Positions 12,880-25,544 of a DNA stretch of 64,000 nt are shown here, piece after piece. A program made the position numbers and the translations under genes. How positions within the stretch are numbered: the first letter of the stretch is position 1; each line of letters opens with the position of its first letter. This DNA comes from Octopus sinensis (Eukaryota). Under the pieces are notes generated by a model. The model did not search any database, was not told the DNA's origin, and saw nothing but the letters and a program-made list of their open reading frames with translations. The DNA is taken from the NCBI RefSeq assembly GCF_006345805.1, contig NC_043002.1, forward strand, positions 1,116,001 to 1,180,000, in the 5' to 3' direction.

Positions 12880-12980
12880 TTATTGGAATTGAAACTTGCA
12901 TTATCGACCTGCAGTAAAGCACCGTCCTATATTCTGCAAGAATCATAAGGAAAATTCTTGAGATTTGAAGAGACTTGTCA
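12880..12980 (+). mobile_element. Second R4/Dong-type 3' tip
   Basis: IGIETCIIDLQ*STVLYSARIIRKILEI*. Confidence 0.7.
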
Positions 12981-12984
12981 GCAA

Positions 12985-13304
12985 ACCTCAAGAATTTGAA
13001 CTCCGAACGTAAAGACGGATGAAATATCACCAAGCACGGTGTTCCGCGTGCTGACCATTCTTCTACTTCACCGCCTTACTGCTGATAATAATAATCCTTT
13101 CTACTATAGACACAGGGCCTAAAATTTGGAGGGAATTAGCATAATACATCGATCCCAGTACTTGATTGGTATTACTTTATCGACCCCGAAAGGATAAACC
13201 GCAAAGTCGAGCTCGGCAAAATTTGTACTCAGAACATAAAGACAGACGAAATGCCACTAAGCACTTTGCCCGGAGTGTTAACCTTTCTGCCAACTCACCG
13301 TCTT
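12985..13304 (-). mobile_element. SINE family 1: head fragment plus a full copy
   Basis: Head at 12985-13078; full copy at 13085-13304 between (AAT)n tracts. Confidence 0.85.
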
Positions 13305-14149
13305 GATGTTAATGATAATAATAATAATATTCTCATTGAGAACAAATAGTTTCTCTGTAAATAAGAGCACATTGTTTAGAAATAACATGGAACACAGAAT
13401 GTACAGCACATTTGATTTTAAAATAACTATTTCAGAAAAACTTGATAGTGTTGGATGGATCGCTCACTAAAAATAATGTGGAAGATATGACTGAAAGGGC
13501 AGAGATACGATATGATCACCGACGCTTCTTTCATATCAGATATTACGACACAAGAGCAAAATATTACATTTGATATTTCAACAAGTTATGCTATCTTATG
13601 ACATAGTATAGGTAACCAGATATTGCTTTACTAGACACGAATTCAAGATTCAGTCATTGATTTTTAAGTATCTACAGATAAATGGAATCATATATCAAGA
13701 AAATGTCAAGCTCTCATACATGAGATTTCAGAAGTTAGTACACAATACGTAAACAGATCGACTCGTTAAATTAGGTAAAGTGTTAGCAATCGAGTGTAAA
13801 TGTCAAATCACATTAGTTATTGGAATCCACGATTAACAATTGTAATTTGCTTCTAAATGTAACAATCTCTGGTATAAAACACATTCTGGGAATAAATGAA
13901 GATATACAACAAAAATAGAACAAACTTTATATTGATGAAGATCTTTATTAGACGCTTATTAACTCTTGTCGAAATAGAAAAAAATGATGGGAAAGGCCGT
14001 GACATTTGTCGTAGACCTGAAGCATGCGAGGTTTGCACCGAAAGTAGGTACAAAAGTAGACATGACTTTTTTTTATTATCAACTGACAAAGATACTTCAA
14101 ATTGAACATGTTAGGAGAATAATTCTTCCTCTATAGAAACTCTTTTCGC

Positions 14150-14997
14150 TTTTGACTGTTGGTAAATAATTGATTTCATGTAGAAGTAACGTACTGTCGT
14201 TGAATTCTTAAAGGAGGGATTCATTGTTACCGATATTCACAGAGGATTCTGGCGGCTGTTTATGGAGATGATATCAACAAGAGTAATGTCCACAGTTGAA
14301 TGAAGTTTAAAGAAGAGGAAACCAGCATTGGAGACAATCCATACAGTAAGAGACCAACTGTGAAAAGTGACAGACACCACCGGTGAGTGGATGAATTGAA
14401 AAGACTAAGGGTACAAAGTGGACCCTCAGCAGTTGACACCCTATTCAAAGGAGAAAAGGGAAGTCTGCTCTGATCTACTGAAAGCGTTTGAATCCAGTGA
14501 AGACATGATTTTTCCTTCGGTCTGATGACAGGGAATGAAATGGCGTATCTCTATGATCCAGAAACGAAAGCTCAGTTCATGAAATGATTTTCTTTTCTAC
14601 TCTAGGCACAAGGCTCGAAATTTTAGGGGAGGGTGCAGTCGATTAGATCGAACCCAGTACGCAACTGGTATTTAATTTATCGACCCCGAAAGGATGAAAG
14701 GCAAAGTCGACCTCGGCGGAATTTGAACTCAGAACGTAAAGACAGACGAAATACCGCTAAGCATTTCGCCCGGCGTGCTACCGTTTTTGGCAGCTCGCCG
14801 CCTTCAGTTCATGGAATGAGGTTACACCTCCAAGGAATAGGAAATTCAAGAATCAGCAATTGGCACTGAAAGTCATGGATAAAAAGTATGTCATTCTCTT
14901 TGATTTTCTAAAGCTTGATTGTGCCAAGAAGCCACGTCTAAAAAGAGCCCGAACAAGAGCCTGAAAACGATCCACATTCAACATGACAATGTGCGAC

Positions 14998-15041
<44 letters not shown>

Positions 15042-15280
15042 ACAACAAATCAGGAAATTGGCAAAGTTTATGGGCAGTGACCTCTATCCACCGTGTAGCA
15101 TGGACTTTACGCTGTCCGACTTCCGCCTGTTCGGTCCAAAGAGACAGCGAGTCAACAACACAAACGTGGTGAAAGTGGTTGAGAAAAAGTGGGTACAACA
15201 ATGTACACCTGATTGAAGAGGTCCGGTTCATCGATGGTGCTGATGCGTCGAGATGGAGACTATGTCGAGTGGTGCCCTAC
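14150..15280 (+). mobile_element. Mariner (DD34D) transposase relic, interrupted by a SINE and (CA)n
   Basis: With frameshifts: DIHR..AVYGDD..KFKEEETSIGDNP..RP; MTGNE..YDPETKAQ; HIQHDNVRQH; YPPCSMDFTLSDFRLFGP. These match ITGDE, HDNARPH and YSPDLAPSDF. Confidence 0.85.
14588..14803 (-). mobile_element. Full-length SINE family 1 with 16-bp TSD
   Basis: TSD TCAGTTCATG(A/G)AATGA at 14572-14587 and 14804-14819. Confidence 0.93.
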
Positions 15281-16049
15281 ACAAGATGACTCTCGCTGCC
15301 AATATCTGCAAATTTGAACAACTTACGCTAGTTAATAAGAAAATGCTCACTTTTACATTACTTTCGGGATATTTAAATTTTTGTTTTCTATCCAATTTAT
15401 AAGATCCAGACTTCTGATAATTACTAGGTTAAATCATCTGCTTTGGAGACAGTAGCAACACTTTTGGGAAGCCTACACTATTTTAACTTCATTTTTTAAA
15501 ATTATAACCTCAAAGATATCGTTATCCTTAAAAATTATAACCCCGTTATAAAGTATAGATGAAACTTGCCTTCTAAAGCCTCCACAGATTAATGAGCAGT
15601 CGCTCGCCAATAATTATTAAAAATATTAATATGTTATCTCTCTTCATTTCTAAGTATTTTTGTCAATTTGTAAGTAATGAAAAAGAATTGTAATTGTTAT
15701 ATAGACAATTTCTACGTTATCATTAACTTAATAATCCTATGCAAATCAGTTATTTATTGTTAAATCTGTACAAAAGATAAATTCTTTAATTTATTTCATA
15801 CAACATTTAAAATTATATCATCACACTAGCTTCCATTAAAATCCTTTTTTAATGTTTATTGTAGTCTGCAGCATTTTAAAGTCCATTACAAGTAGAAAAA
15901 GGGAACATCAAAATTCACAAAAATGTGAAATGTGGTGTTTTCTTTCCGTGAATTGTAAACAGTTGGTAACATATTCATGATGTGGGGAAAATTTCTGAAA
16001 CAAAGGATTGGCATTTTCAGGAATAATTTATCTCTTGATAAAAACCAAA

Positions 16050-16620
16050 TATGGGATGTAGTTTACTTTCTAGATTAAAAAATCGAAACTTTACAATCCA
16101 TCTTGAATCGAAGATTTTATTAGAAAGACAGTAGCAAAGTAGAGAAAGATTTAACTGTCTTTCAAAACTCCAAGTGTTATCACATGTCAAAAACTATTGG
16201 CGAAACTCTTGTCTTCCCAGCTATAACTGACGTTATGAATACTTTGATGGATCCTGCTTAATCTAATATAACATCCCTAATTCCTCTCAGCAGGAATTCA
16301 GTCTCAACAAGAATTGATGAAAACAACTTTGGCGATCTGGAAATTTCGCTACAACTCGACGAGACAGCTTAACGTGACAATGAATCTCAGTTATCCTAAT
16401 TGAATTTGTCCAAGACTAATCAATAATTTTGAGAATTTTTAATTGCCGAACAACTGAAAATTGACACAAATTAAAACGTAAACGCTTTTTTAATAAGAAT
16501 ATTCCTTTTACAAATGTACTACAAATGATGGGAACCTGCTATATTTGGTCACCATCGTGGATTTATGCAGCATTAAAAGAAGCTGCTCCAAAATATTTTT
16601 GCGATTCCTAACATCAGTCA
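16050..16620 (+). mobile_element. hAT (Buster/Charlie-type) transposase relic
   Basis: KTIGETLVFPA..IPLSRNSVSTRIDE..ISLQLDETA*RDNESQL, then a frameshifted DG.PA.FGHHRGF..LKEAAP segment. Confidence 0.8.
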
Positions 16621-16795
16621 TTAAGGATTGGAGCCTACTTTACTGAAATCCGGTGGGTTTCGTAAGAGAACTGTCTGAGATACTTCTATCACAACGACAC
16701 CATGTTGGAAGATCATTAAAGTCGCAGCTTGAGGGAAAATGGTAGTTTGAAAACTAACGGATTTACCTCGATTAGCTTTCAAACATCATCATCAC

Positions 16796-16827
<32 letters not shown>

Positions 16828-17029
16828 AGAGAGAGAGAGAGAGGGAGAGAGAGGGAGGGAGAGAGGGGGAGAGAGGGAGGAGAGAGAGAGGGAGAGGGAA
16901 AGAGAGAGGGAGAGGGAAAGAGAGAGGGAGAGAGAGAGGGAGAGAGAGAGGGAGAGAGGGAGAGGGAGAGAGAGAGGGAGAGAGAGAGAGAGGAGAGAGA
17001 AAGGGAGAGGGAGAGAGAGAGAGAGAGAG
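16796..17029. repeat. (GA)n/(GGGA) purine-rich tract
   Basis: Direct reading. Confidence 0.95.
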
Positions 17030-17159
17030 GTGATGAACATCAAATTGTAGAGATACAAATGAAACTTATAACCACAAAATGGGTTACAAGTTTTTCCAAT
17101 TATATTTGGCAGAAGAACATTGACATAAGCTGTTTTCAGCGGTTTCCGAAACACACAAT

Positions 17160-17331
17160 GCTTTCAAATTTGCGCACAAGACCAGCAGATTTTGATAACA
17201 TCGAAATTAGTATTTGATTATTACTTTATTGTGTCGATCCCGGCCTGATGAAAGACCAAGTTATCTCCTGCGAAATAAGTATCACTAGGCATTTCATCCG
17301 ACCCTCTAACGATTCTGCTAGTTCGCCAACC
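17160..17331 (-). mobile_element. SINE family 1, degraded (tail C)
   Basis: Head GGCGAACTAGCAGAATCGTTAG; tail CTTGTGCGCAAATTTGAAAG. Confidence 0.7.
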
Positions 17332-17501
17332 TTAATGCTCCCACACGAGAATCTTAAATTCAAGGACTTTGTTATGAACTGAAAATATTCGAGAAGATCA
17401 TAAATTCGTTTCTTTCCGATGCTTTTTTTGTTCATACAAACCTTAAAGAATTAGGACATTCATGATTTCGAAGTTTGTATATTCAAAAAACAAAAACACA
17501 C

Positions 17502-17549
<48 letters not shown>

Positions 17550-17854
17550 AAGCATTCTAGCGAAAAATTCCCAAAACAAATATCATAAACTTTGACTGCC
17601 GACTGCTTTTTCTTCTTCATCCTTGGCCAGGATTTGATTCGGTATCATGTCACACTCAACTCAGCAGAGAAATAGATTGCAATTAAGACATCAGCTGTCA
17701 AGCACCGAATCGAATATTGAAAAACAAGTAAATTGTTATAAGGATCAGTATCACCTTTTAATTATTAAAATTTTTGCATTAAGTTTCGCTGTACAACAGG
17801 AATATAAAATGGCAGATCGTTAGAAAGGAGAAATACAAAAAAGAAAGAAGAAAG

Positions 17855-18055
17855 CAAAGGACCACTGATGAGGTCACAGAAGTGTGGCGAAAGAACTCTG
17901 GCCGAAATACAATTAATATGAAATAAAGCTGAAGCAAGTGAACACCAAATATATAGTGTGTGTGTTTTTATTGGCTAAACTGACAACATGACCATCCCCA
18001 AATACAACAATATATGTTTCAACACACGAATACACATCAAGAATCTTGCAAAACG
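17855..18055 (+). mobile_element. Penelope-like terminal repeat fragment with hammerhead-like core
   Basis: CTGATGA (17865), imperfect stem GGTCA..TGGCC, GAAA (17904), then AATAAA. Confidence 0.5.
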
Positions 18056-18902
18056 AATATATAAACTTTACTAGTTTTGTTTTGCAGTAAAGTTTTAGTC
18101 GAGCACATTCTTTAAAAATAGTATTATGTCAAAATTGAAAATTAGCTGAGTGGAAATATGAAGATAAATGATTTTTAGCTCTCATAATAATAATGTATCA
18201 TTAACTACAATCAAATTTAAGGGAGAGTTAGCATTTAGAAAAATTAGAGAGAGTTATAAGGGATCTTTAGCTTTTAAAAGTATTTGAGAGGGTCGCTAAA
18301 CAAAAAATAATTACTGACCTAGTTACTGTTACTTCTGAGTTACTTGAGAAAAAAATGTCTTCCTTCTGTGAAAACTTTATAAAAAATATTTATACTTTTC
18401 AGAGTTCAGAGATTAATATCACTAATGACCTAAGAGAAAATATTTTATGTCTCTACGAGCACTAATTAGCGTGATTCCAAATTTAAAAAATGAAATTAGA
18501 AATAATTAAATAAAATCAAAATTAAATCAAGTATTTTAAGCGGTTACTCTGGTTCAGTTGGGTCATCGATAAATTGAAAAAAAAATCTTTATTGAATAAA
18601 TAACGAACTAAAATTGAAACACTTGCTTTGAAACATTGTCGAGAGTAGTATACCATTCAACTCTTGTTGAAGTATGGTTGAAACAAGTGTCCAACGCAAT
18701 CTACTGTTTACTCTAAATATAATTTAAAATAGTGTTTTTTACAGCACTTATTTGTGTAAATGAGTGGAAAAGATTTTCTTTTAAATAAATATATTTTATT
18801 ACACTTAGCTCAATGTTAGACATTTATTGAAAAGATAAATATAAAAGAGAGTAAACGAGAGTAGTCAATTGAAGAGATACTATAAAGAGAGGGAAACAAA
18901 AT

Positions 18903-18996
18903 CTAGGAAACATTTTCAGCAGTGTCTCTAACTTGTGGAGTAATAATTGTTCCAGGAGCGACAGCCGGAGGAAAGCTTGCTTTCCACTTAACTGAC
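18903..18996 (-). CDS. Candidate terminal coding exon of an unidentified host gene
   Basis: Branch-like CTAAC, pyrimidine tract, TTTAG|G, then SVKWKASFPPAVAPGTIITPQVRDTAENVS*, with AATAAA about 75 nt downstream. No recognised homology. Confidence 0.3.
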
Positions 18997-20731
18997 CTAA
19001 ACGTACAAATGGAAGAAGCCAAGGTTAGAGAATGTGTTTCTTATTAATATATTCTTTTACACGTTAATACAGATTCCGAAAGGATTTTTTTTTTCTAAAA
19101 TATTATTTGAGATATCACATAAAAAAGAATAACCATGCTCTTATTGCTCTTCTGTGGGATAACATCTTAAAAAATGGCAGTTTAAATCAGTCAAAGCTGC
19201 AATAAGTCCAAAATTTATTAAATCAGTCTAATAAACTATTTATCAAAATTCTCGATCTCTTACATTATTCATCTAATTACAGACTCGTGTGATGTTAAAT
19301 TTAGTAAAGATATATTATTGTGATATATTGATATTTTAGGCGTGGTTGGAGGATAAACTCTAGTTATCTCACTTCTGGAATATATAAATTAAAATATCTC
19401 AAAGACGTTTAGAACCTGCCGCATGACAGAAGTTCAATGTATATTAACTTACAATCGATTTAGTTTTGGAAATTTTAAACATTACAAGTTAGCAGCACAC
19501 ATTTACTTGTTATACAAGTCCCTAACAGCTTTTCAGTTTGTTCGCAGACTTTATCAGCTTGTTTGGGGAAATTTACAATGCAATGCTGGACATATCTTTT
19601 AGTAAAGCCATGAGAGTAATTGTGTGACAAAAGGTTGGAAGGCGATGTCTGAGAGTTGAGCTAATTGGAAAATCGGGAAAATTAAATGTCATTTGTAAAT
19701 GATGCTATGTAGAAGTATAGTATCTACTTTTGAAGAACGAAATTTAGGTGTAATTAAAGTTTAATTTTGAATTAGAAAGTGAAGAAACACTGGAGAATTA
19801 AGCTTTCATTTCACTGTTGTTATGATGAAAAGAGCGTAATTTCACATGATCAATTGGAAATGACTGAAGTTGTAATCAATAGGTTAATTGAAGTGAATTT
19901 TATTAGAGAGTCAAGGAATTTTATTAGGTCGTCAAATGAAGAGTGATCAAAACGAATGAACTTCTGATATAAATCTTAACAGACGATGGTTCTTTTGCCA
20001 GTCATAAAATATATAAATAACTAAAATCTTTAAAGCAATTTTACAAATTGTACAATGCTAATCATGACAGGAAATTAGTATCCAGTTTGAAAGAAGATGA
20101 CCGATAATAATAATAATCATCATCATAATAATGATAATAATAATATCAGAGAAATAAATGAAACAATAAGAAATTTCAAAACTAAAATGAACTACTGAAT
20201 CAATTGCTGGAAATGGGAACTACTTGGCTAAATCAAGCTACAAAACAAGGATGCCGGAAGTAATGAACGAAGGTTGCGACTAAAAATCTGAAGCAAGAAG
20301 CTGAATCACTGAGTGCAGCGGCTCAAGAAAAGTTTGTTGAAGAATTTGATGAAGACAAAGATTCATAGGACTTATTCAAACAACAAACACAAAATGTGTG
20401 GAAAAGGGGACGAAAGTATTAAACATCTTTTAAGTGAGTGCAATTAAGTAGCACAAAAAGAGTACAAACGCAGGCATAATTATGCTGATAAAAGAGTACA
20501 TTGGGAAGAATTTGAAGTAGCGGAAAAGTGGTATGAACACGATCTTGAAGCTGGTGGGGCGAATGATAATTAGATTTTATGTAATTTCTCCATAGAAACT
20601 GATCATAATACTTAAGAGTGTCTTAGAAATTGATTCTAATATTGAAGGAGACCAAATTTCGTGGAATACAGAAACAACAAATAGTACAAGATTGTTGACT
20701 CTGCGATGTCGTGTGATAATAGAGCGGACAC

Positions 20732-21000
20732 CAGTGGCTAGGGTGTTGCACTCACATTCGCTGGTTCGATTTTCGGACCGAGCGTCGCGTTATGGTCTTG
20801 AGCAAACCCCTTTATTTCACGTTACTCCAGTCCACTCAACTGGAAATAGATAACCCTGCGACAGATTAGCCTTCTGGTCAGGGGGAATGTTTGCCTGCTC
20901 GCCCAGCCAGCGAGGTGGCATCATTCAGAAGCTAAACGGTGCAAAGCGGATTGCGGCCAGCGATATATAGCAACATCCGATATTCTGGTCGATCACGTGA
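20732..21000 (+). mobile_element. tRNA-derived SINE family 3 with V-domain-like segment
   Basis: AGTGGCTAGGGTG..GGTTCGATT..CTTGAGCAA..CCAGTCCACTCA..AACCCTGCGA..GGTCAGGGG. The tail is shared with 56209-56330. Confidence 0.75.
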
Positions 21001-21037
21001 CCAAGAAATAGAGAAAATTCAGAAGAATCAAGACCTA

Positions 21038-21044
21038 GAGAGAG

Positions 21045-21118
<74 letters not shown>
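21038..21118. repeat. (GA)n microsatellite
   Basis: Direct reading. Confidence 0.95.
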
Positions 21119-21121
<3 letters not shown>

Positions 21122-21419
21122 AGAGCATGCGTGGAAGCCGAAGATGTCTATTGTTTCTGTGGTAAGTGGTGCATTTAGCAAAACACCCAAAATGCTAAGA
21201 AGCTGAAGGTTTTTCGACTTGAGACGGGTATTTTTGCATTATTGAAAAATTCAATCCTGTATTCTACATAAATCCTGAGAAAGTTTACTTAAATTTGAGT
21301 TGACTTCTTCCCATCAAAGCCCAGAATGACATCCCTGCTAATTTGACTGGAAGGGAGTAGCTTTTGCATAAAGACAACCACAAGAGTATAATAGTTTATA
21401 GCAGAAGCAGATAGCTTGA

Positions 21420-21921
21420 AATTCTCGATAGGGAGTTAGTGGATATCATTATCTTCAGTACTTGACGGTAGATTATTTCATCAACCCCGGAGAAATAGAA
21501 GGCAAAATCGACTGCAGCACGATTTGAACAGAGAACTTAAAGAGCTGGGAAAATACAACGCGGTTTTGTTAACGCTCCAACGATTCTGTCAATCTACCGA
21601 ACAACAACAATAATAATAATAATAATAATCCTTTCTACTAAAGGCACAAGGCCTAAAATTTTAGGGGAGGGGGCTGGTCGATTACATTGACCCCAGTGTT
21701 CAAACGGTACTCATTTTATCGATCTCAAAAGGATGAAAGGCAAAGTCAATCTCGGCGGTATTTGAATCCGGAACGTAGCGACCGGCGAAATACCTATTTC
21801 TTTACTACCCACAAGGGGCTAAACACAGAGAGGACAAACAAGGACAGACAAGGACAGACGGGCGAAATACCGTTAAGCATTTCGTCCAGCGTTCTCACGA
21901 TTCTGCTAGCTCGCCATCTTA
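21420..21921 (-). mobile_element. SINE family 1: degraded copy plus dimer with internally deleted first unit
   Basis: Degraded copy at 21420-21600; dimer at 21625-21921 carrying the tail B linker. Confidence 0.85.
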
Positions 21922-21939
21922 CCAACAATAATAACAAGA

Positions 21940-22190
21940 AAACCCCTCGAATAGTTAAGGAAGGCGAAAATGAGAGCTATATAATCCTCACAGCCCGGTT
22001 GTGGAGAATGAAGGTGAAAATAAAGCCAGTTCTTGGGGACAGTATCAGAAGGCATCAAGTGGAATATAAAGGGAAAAGATTGCACTGTAGAGATGTTGCA
22101 AAAAGTTTGTCTTCTTAGCACGGCCAAAATAATCAGGAAAGTATAAGATGTTAAAAAAGACAGCATTGTACCGTAGCCCATTAAATTGTT
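21940..22190 (+). mobile_element. R4/Dong-type RLE 3' end
   Basis: ARLWRMKVKIKPV..LQKVCLLSTAKIIRKV. Confidence 0.7.
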
Positions 22191-24288
22191 GTACAATCAA
22201 GAGAAATCAGGTGGTGTTTGGTGTATTCTGCTGCGTAAACCAAATGGGAATCTTTACGCGTCCCACCTCCCGTATAAATCATGACGTTTTTGTTATGATC
22301 CAGGATGATAGAATTGACTTGGTTCATGTTTTTTCACAACGAACAGGGCTTACTTTTCTTGCGACTGTTCAGAAACTCCAATGGTAGTTTTCTGGAATTA
22401 GAGGTAATAGTTAATATTTCTCTTACATTGTTATTCTGTCTAAAGGCTACAATAGGCAGCTGAGGGAATATTTGCCTACGTCATTACGTGTGCTTTTGCA
22501 CACACAAACAGGTATCCATTCATGCAAGTGCATATCGCTACGAATACGATTCCACCACTATATGAGTTCCGATGTAATGCTTATGTTGAGGTCAGCATGC
22601 ATATACCCACATATACATACATTCCTATATACACATATCTCCCTATTAAAATCTATGAACATTTAAACGCATCTATCTATATAAATATATATATATATAT
22701 ATATATTCAAACACAGTATATACAAATAAATATAGACACGCCTATAGACAGACATAAACACACATGGTATACAAATATCAATACACAAATAAACACACAT
22801 TTAAATATATATACACACGCACACACAACATATACATCCATACAGTTACGTGTAATCATATATCTGCAGGATTTACACGTAAGCTCGAGCATCCATGAAA
22901 TGTTTATGCTTCGTCTCATATTAATGCATAAAATATGCAACCGTTTCTATGTATATCAATACACAGCTTTCTGATCCTGGCCAGTTGTCGCAACTGAGCT
23001 AAGGCTAGATCCAAGAACGTCCTCCTTGGCTTCCTCAGTGATTTTAGCCTGTTACTTTAGACATTCATTAAATGGAGACGAACTCTAGACTGTCCATAAT
23101 TATTGTGCCACGTATGTTGGTTATGAGTATTGATGCTTTTTTTCTCTATAATTTTTAGACATTACTTGACATTTATTATCTACAGGAAAGAAATAGGTAA
23201 CTTATTTTAAGTTGAATGTTATACCGAAGGTTAAAGATGTGGAACAGGTAGTGTACAAAACAAAATTGGTAAGAACAAATATTGAACAAATTTCGTAATC
23301 TCTAACGTTTAACGAGTGTGAACACCGGTTGAATTTGGGGAAGAATTACGTAGATATAATTTGTAATTAAAATCGATATCAAAAGTTTAATCCACATTAT
23401 GTCATTCAAGTGGGCAAAGAAAAAAAAAGTATTTCAAAAGTTTTCGACGTTACAAAGAATAAGTCCCGGTGTCGATTTGCTCGACTAAAGGCGGTGCTCC
23501 AGCATGGCCGCAGTCAAATGACTGAAACAAGTAAATGAGTAAAAGAGAGAGTAAAGAGTTACTTTTCTTCTTGTATACAATTATAGGCAGATGTCATTTA
23601 GTACCGAGGCAGAAAATGACAACGGTAATAATCAGCAGAAATAAAAGGCGCATAGACTAAAAATTGCAATACCTGAAACTTTGGGACTAAATTCTATTCC
23701 TACAAATGTGCAAAATTTGTTGAAATCTTTTATAGAGATCTGTTGAAATCTTTTATAGAGATTTGAGCACAACGTATATGCGAAGTCGCCCTTACATGCC
23801 TGAATATACAGTAAAAATATTTGAATTATTGTTTTTAATTTCATGAACACTTACATTTTCCAGAGAAGATATAAAAAAAACATTTAAGTATTACACTTGC
23901 TTGAACTGAGTATATAATTAAAAAAAAGCGTTCTATAGAAAGTGAAATATTGACACTAATGATTAATTTGCTAAGTATCAAACATAAAAAACAAAACGTT
24001 ATGTTTAATTAGTCAAATAGTTTATACACGCCTTATTAATTCAGACACAACAAATTTCTGCAGGTTATCAATATTTTATAAATGTATTTTTATTCAAAAG
24101 TCTAATTAAAATAACTGACAGTAAATCATGATCGTTGTGACAATTTGTTTTTTCTGTCTACATCAGCTTCTGAAATGTTGACAAAAAATTATTTTCTAAG
24201 GTTAAAAATATGGAAGACGTCAATAGTTTTGGGAGAGTAAAACTGAAGTTCTGTTGATTTTCATTTGATGAGCATTAAATCTTCCTCT

Positions 24289-24987
24289 GATGTGCATGAA
24301 GAATGATTGAAGGATCTTGGGAATAGGAAGTTCGCAGCCGCAAGTATATCCCTGTTGGGAGAACGTCTTGTTTGCTGTAGATTTTCCACAGACGCAGGGA
24401 CAGGAGGGGTTGAAGCTGCCGGTTGCCGGATCAGACGCTTCTGTTCACCAGAACCACGTTAGCCGGGTTCGGCCCTGATACTGCTGGGTGTCAGAACAAT
24501 CCGCTTGGGTGACCCTACCAGAAACCGAAGTCTCCGACGGCATAGCTCTGTTACTCCCGTTTCATCCTCCTACCACGATGAGGAGGGGTTGGACTTTAGG
24601 GGACTTTGTCTTCAATAATTCGGTGCGACACCAGTGCAAAATGACCTCCCTCCGACAAGTCATCCTAACAAGACGTCTGCGTTGGCTGGGTCATGCCCTC
24701 CGTTGTCAACCAGGAGAATTCATCTACGAAGCAATTGCCCCAGCTCCCCTTCAGGGTTGGCGAAAGCGATGTGGTGGACAACGAAACACCTGGCTGATGG
24801 CAGTCAAGACTGATCTGGAATCCAACCTAGGGGTCCGCCGCTGGAATAAGGAGTGGTTGGAGATCACTCGATCGTTAGCCTCAAATCGACAGGCCTGGTC
24901 GGCGTTTGTGAGAGATGCAGCATTGAGGATGAATGGAGCCAGCTCAACTCACCTCGATTGAATGCTGCCTCCAGACAAGAAGAGAAG
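24289..24987 (+). mobile_element. RTE-clade insertion: inverted 5' UTR + 3' ORF end, 12-bp TSD
   Basis: TSD AAATCTTCCTCT at 24277-24288 and 24988-24999. Plus strand: RRLRWLGHALR..WRKRCGGQRNTW..ASNRQAWSAFVRD. Minus strand 24600-24500: RTE 5'-UTR motif GAGCTATGCCG..CTGGTAGGGTCACCCA. Confidence 0.85.
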
Positions 24988-25544
24988 AAATCTTCCTCTA
25001 CTGAGCACGCTGCTGAGTTTTAATATACTGCTCATAGCTGCATTTATTCACAAAAACCGACAATTCCTCATGGAAAATTAAAATTTTTGGTAAACGGTGT
25101 GATTATATTAAAACTGGAACACAACGTGCATACAACTTTACGCCTTGGATTACAACAACGTTGAGCCCCAGGCGTCATACGTTTGAAAAACAATATAAGT
25201 GTGGAGAGTTTCGATCTGAGATTGCTAACAATCATTCGAATGTACTGTTTGGTTTCTATTAATACAAGTTAATCTAAATTTATTAATACCTGTTTTCGAG
25301 GGGAAAATCGATGATTTAATAGGACAGGCCAATATGGAAACATATCACAATGGAAGAAATCCTTGTGTTACATGTTTTTCTTGAGACTCATCTATGAAGT
25401 CATCAATAATAATTTGAGTTAAAATAAACGCCGTAAATAATGGAACTTTGGTTGGAATTTGTTCAGCAAGTAAAATGGTCGAGAAACAAAGATATCTAAC
25501 GTAGATAACCGTTCTTTCTTTTAACTAAGTTCTTAGAATATATA

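Larger units (their letters stand above)
20140..21310 (+). mobile_element. R4/Dong-type CCHC/RLE remnant interrupted by a SINE and (GA)n
   Basis: LKQEAESL.AAAQE..MCGKGDESIKHLLSECN*VAQKEYKRRHN..VHWE..KWYEH, resuming at 21125 with WKPKMSIVSVVSGAFSKTPK. Begins at an (AAT)n tract. Confidence 0.82.

Noticed and set aside
14588-14803. tRNA genes suggested by A/B boxes
   Set aside because: These are SINE heads: multi-copy, with core, tail and TSD, and no complete cloverleaf.
23690-23810. Minus-strand exon candidate containing a 23-bp tandem duplication
   Set aside because: Weak donor, and a non-triplet duplication argues against conserved coding function.
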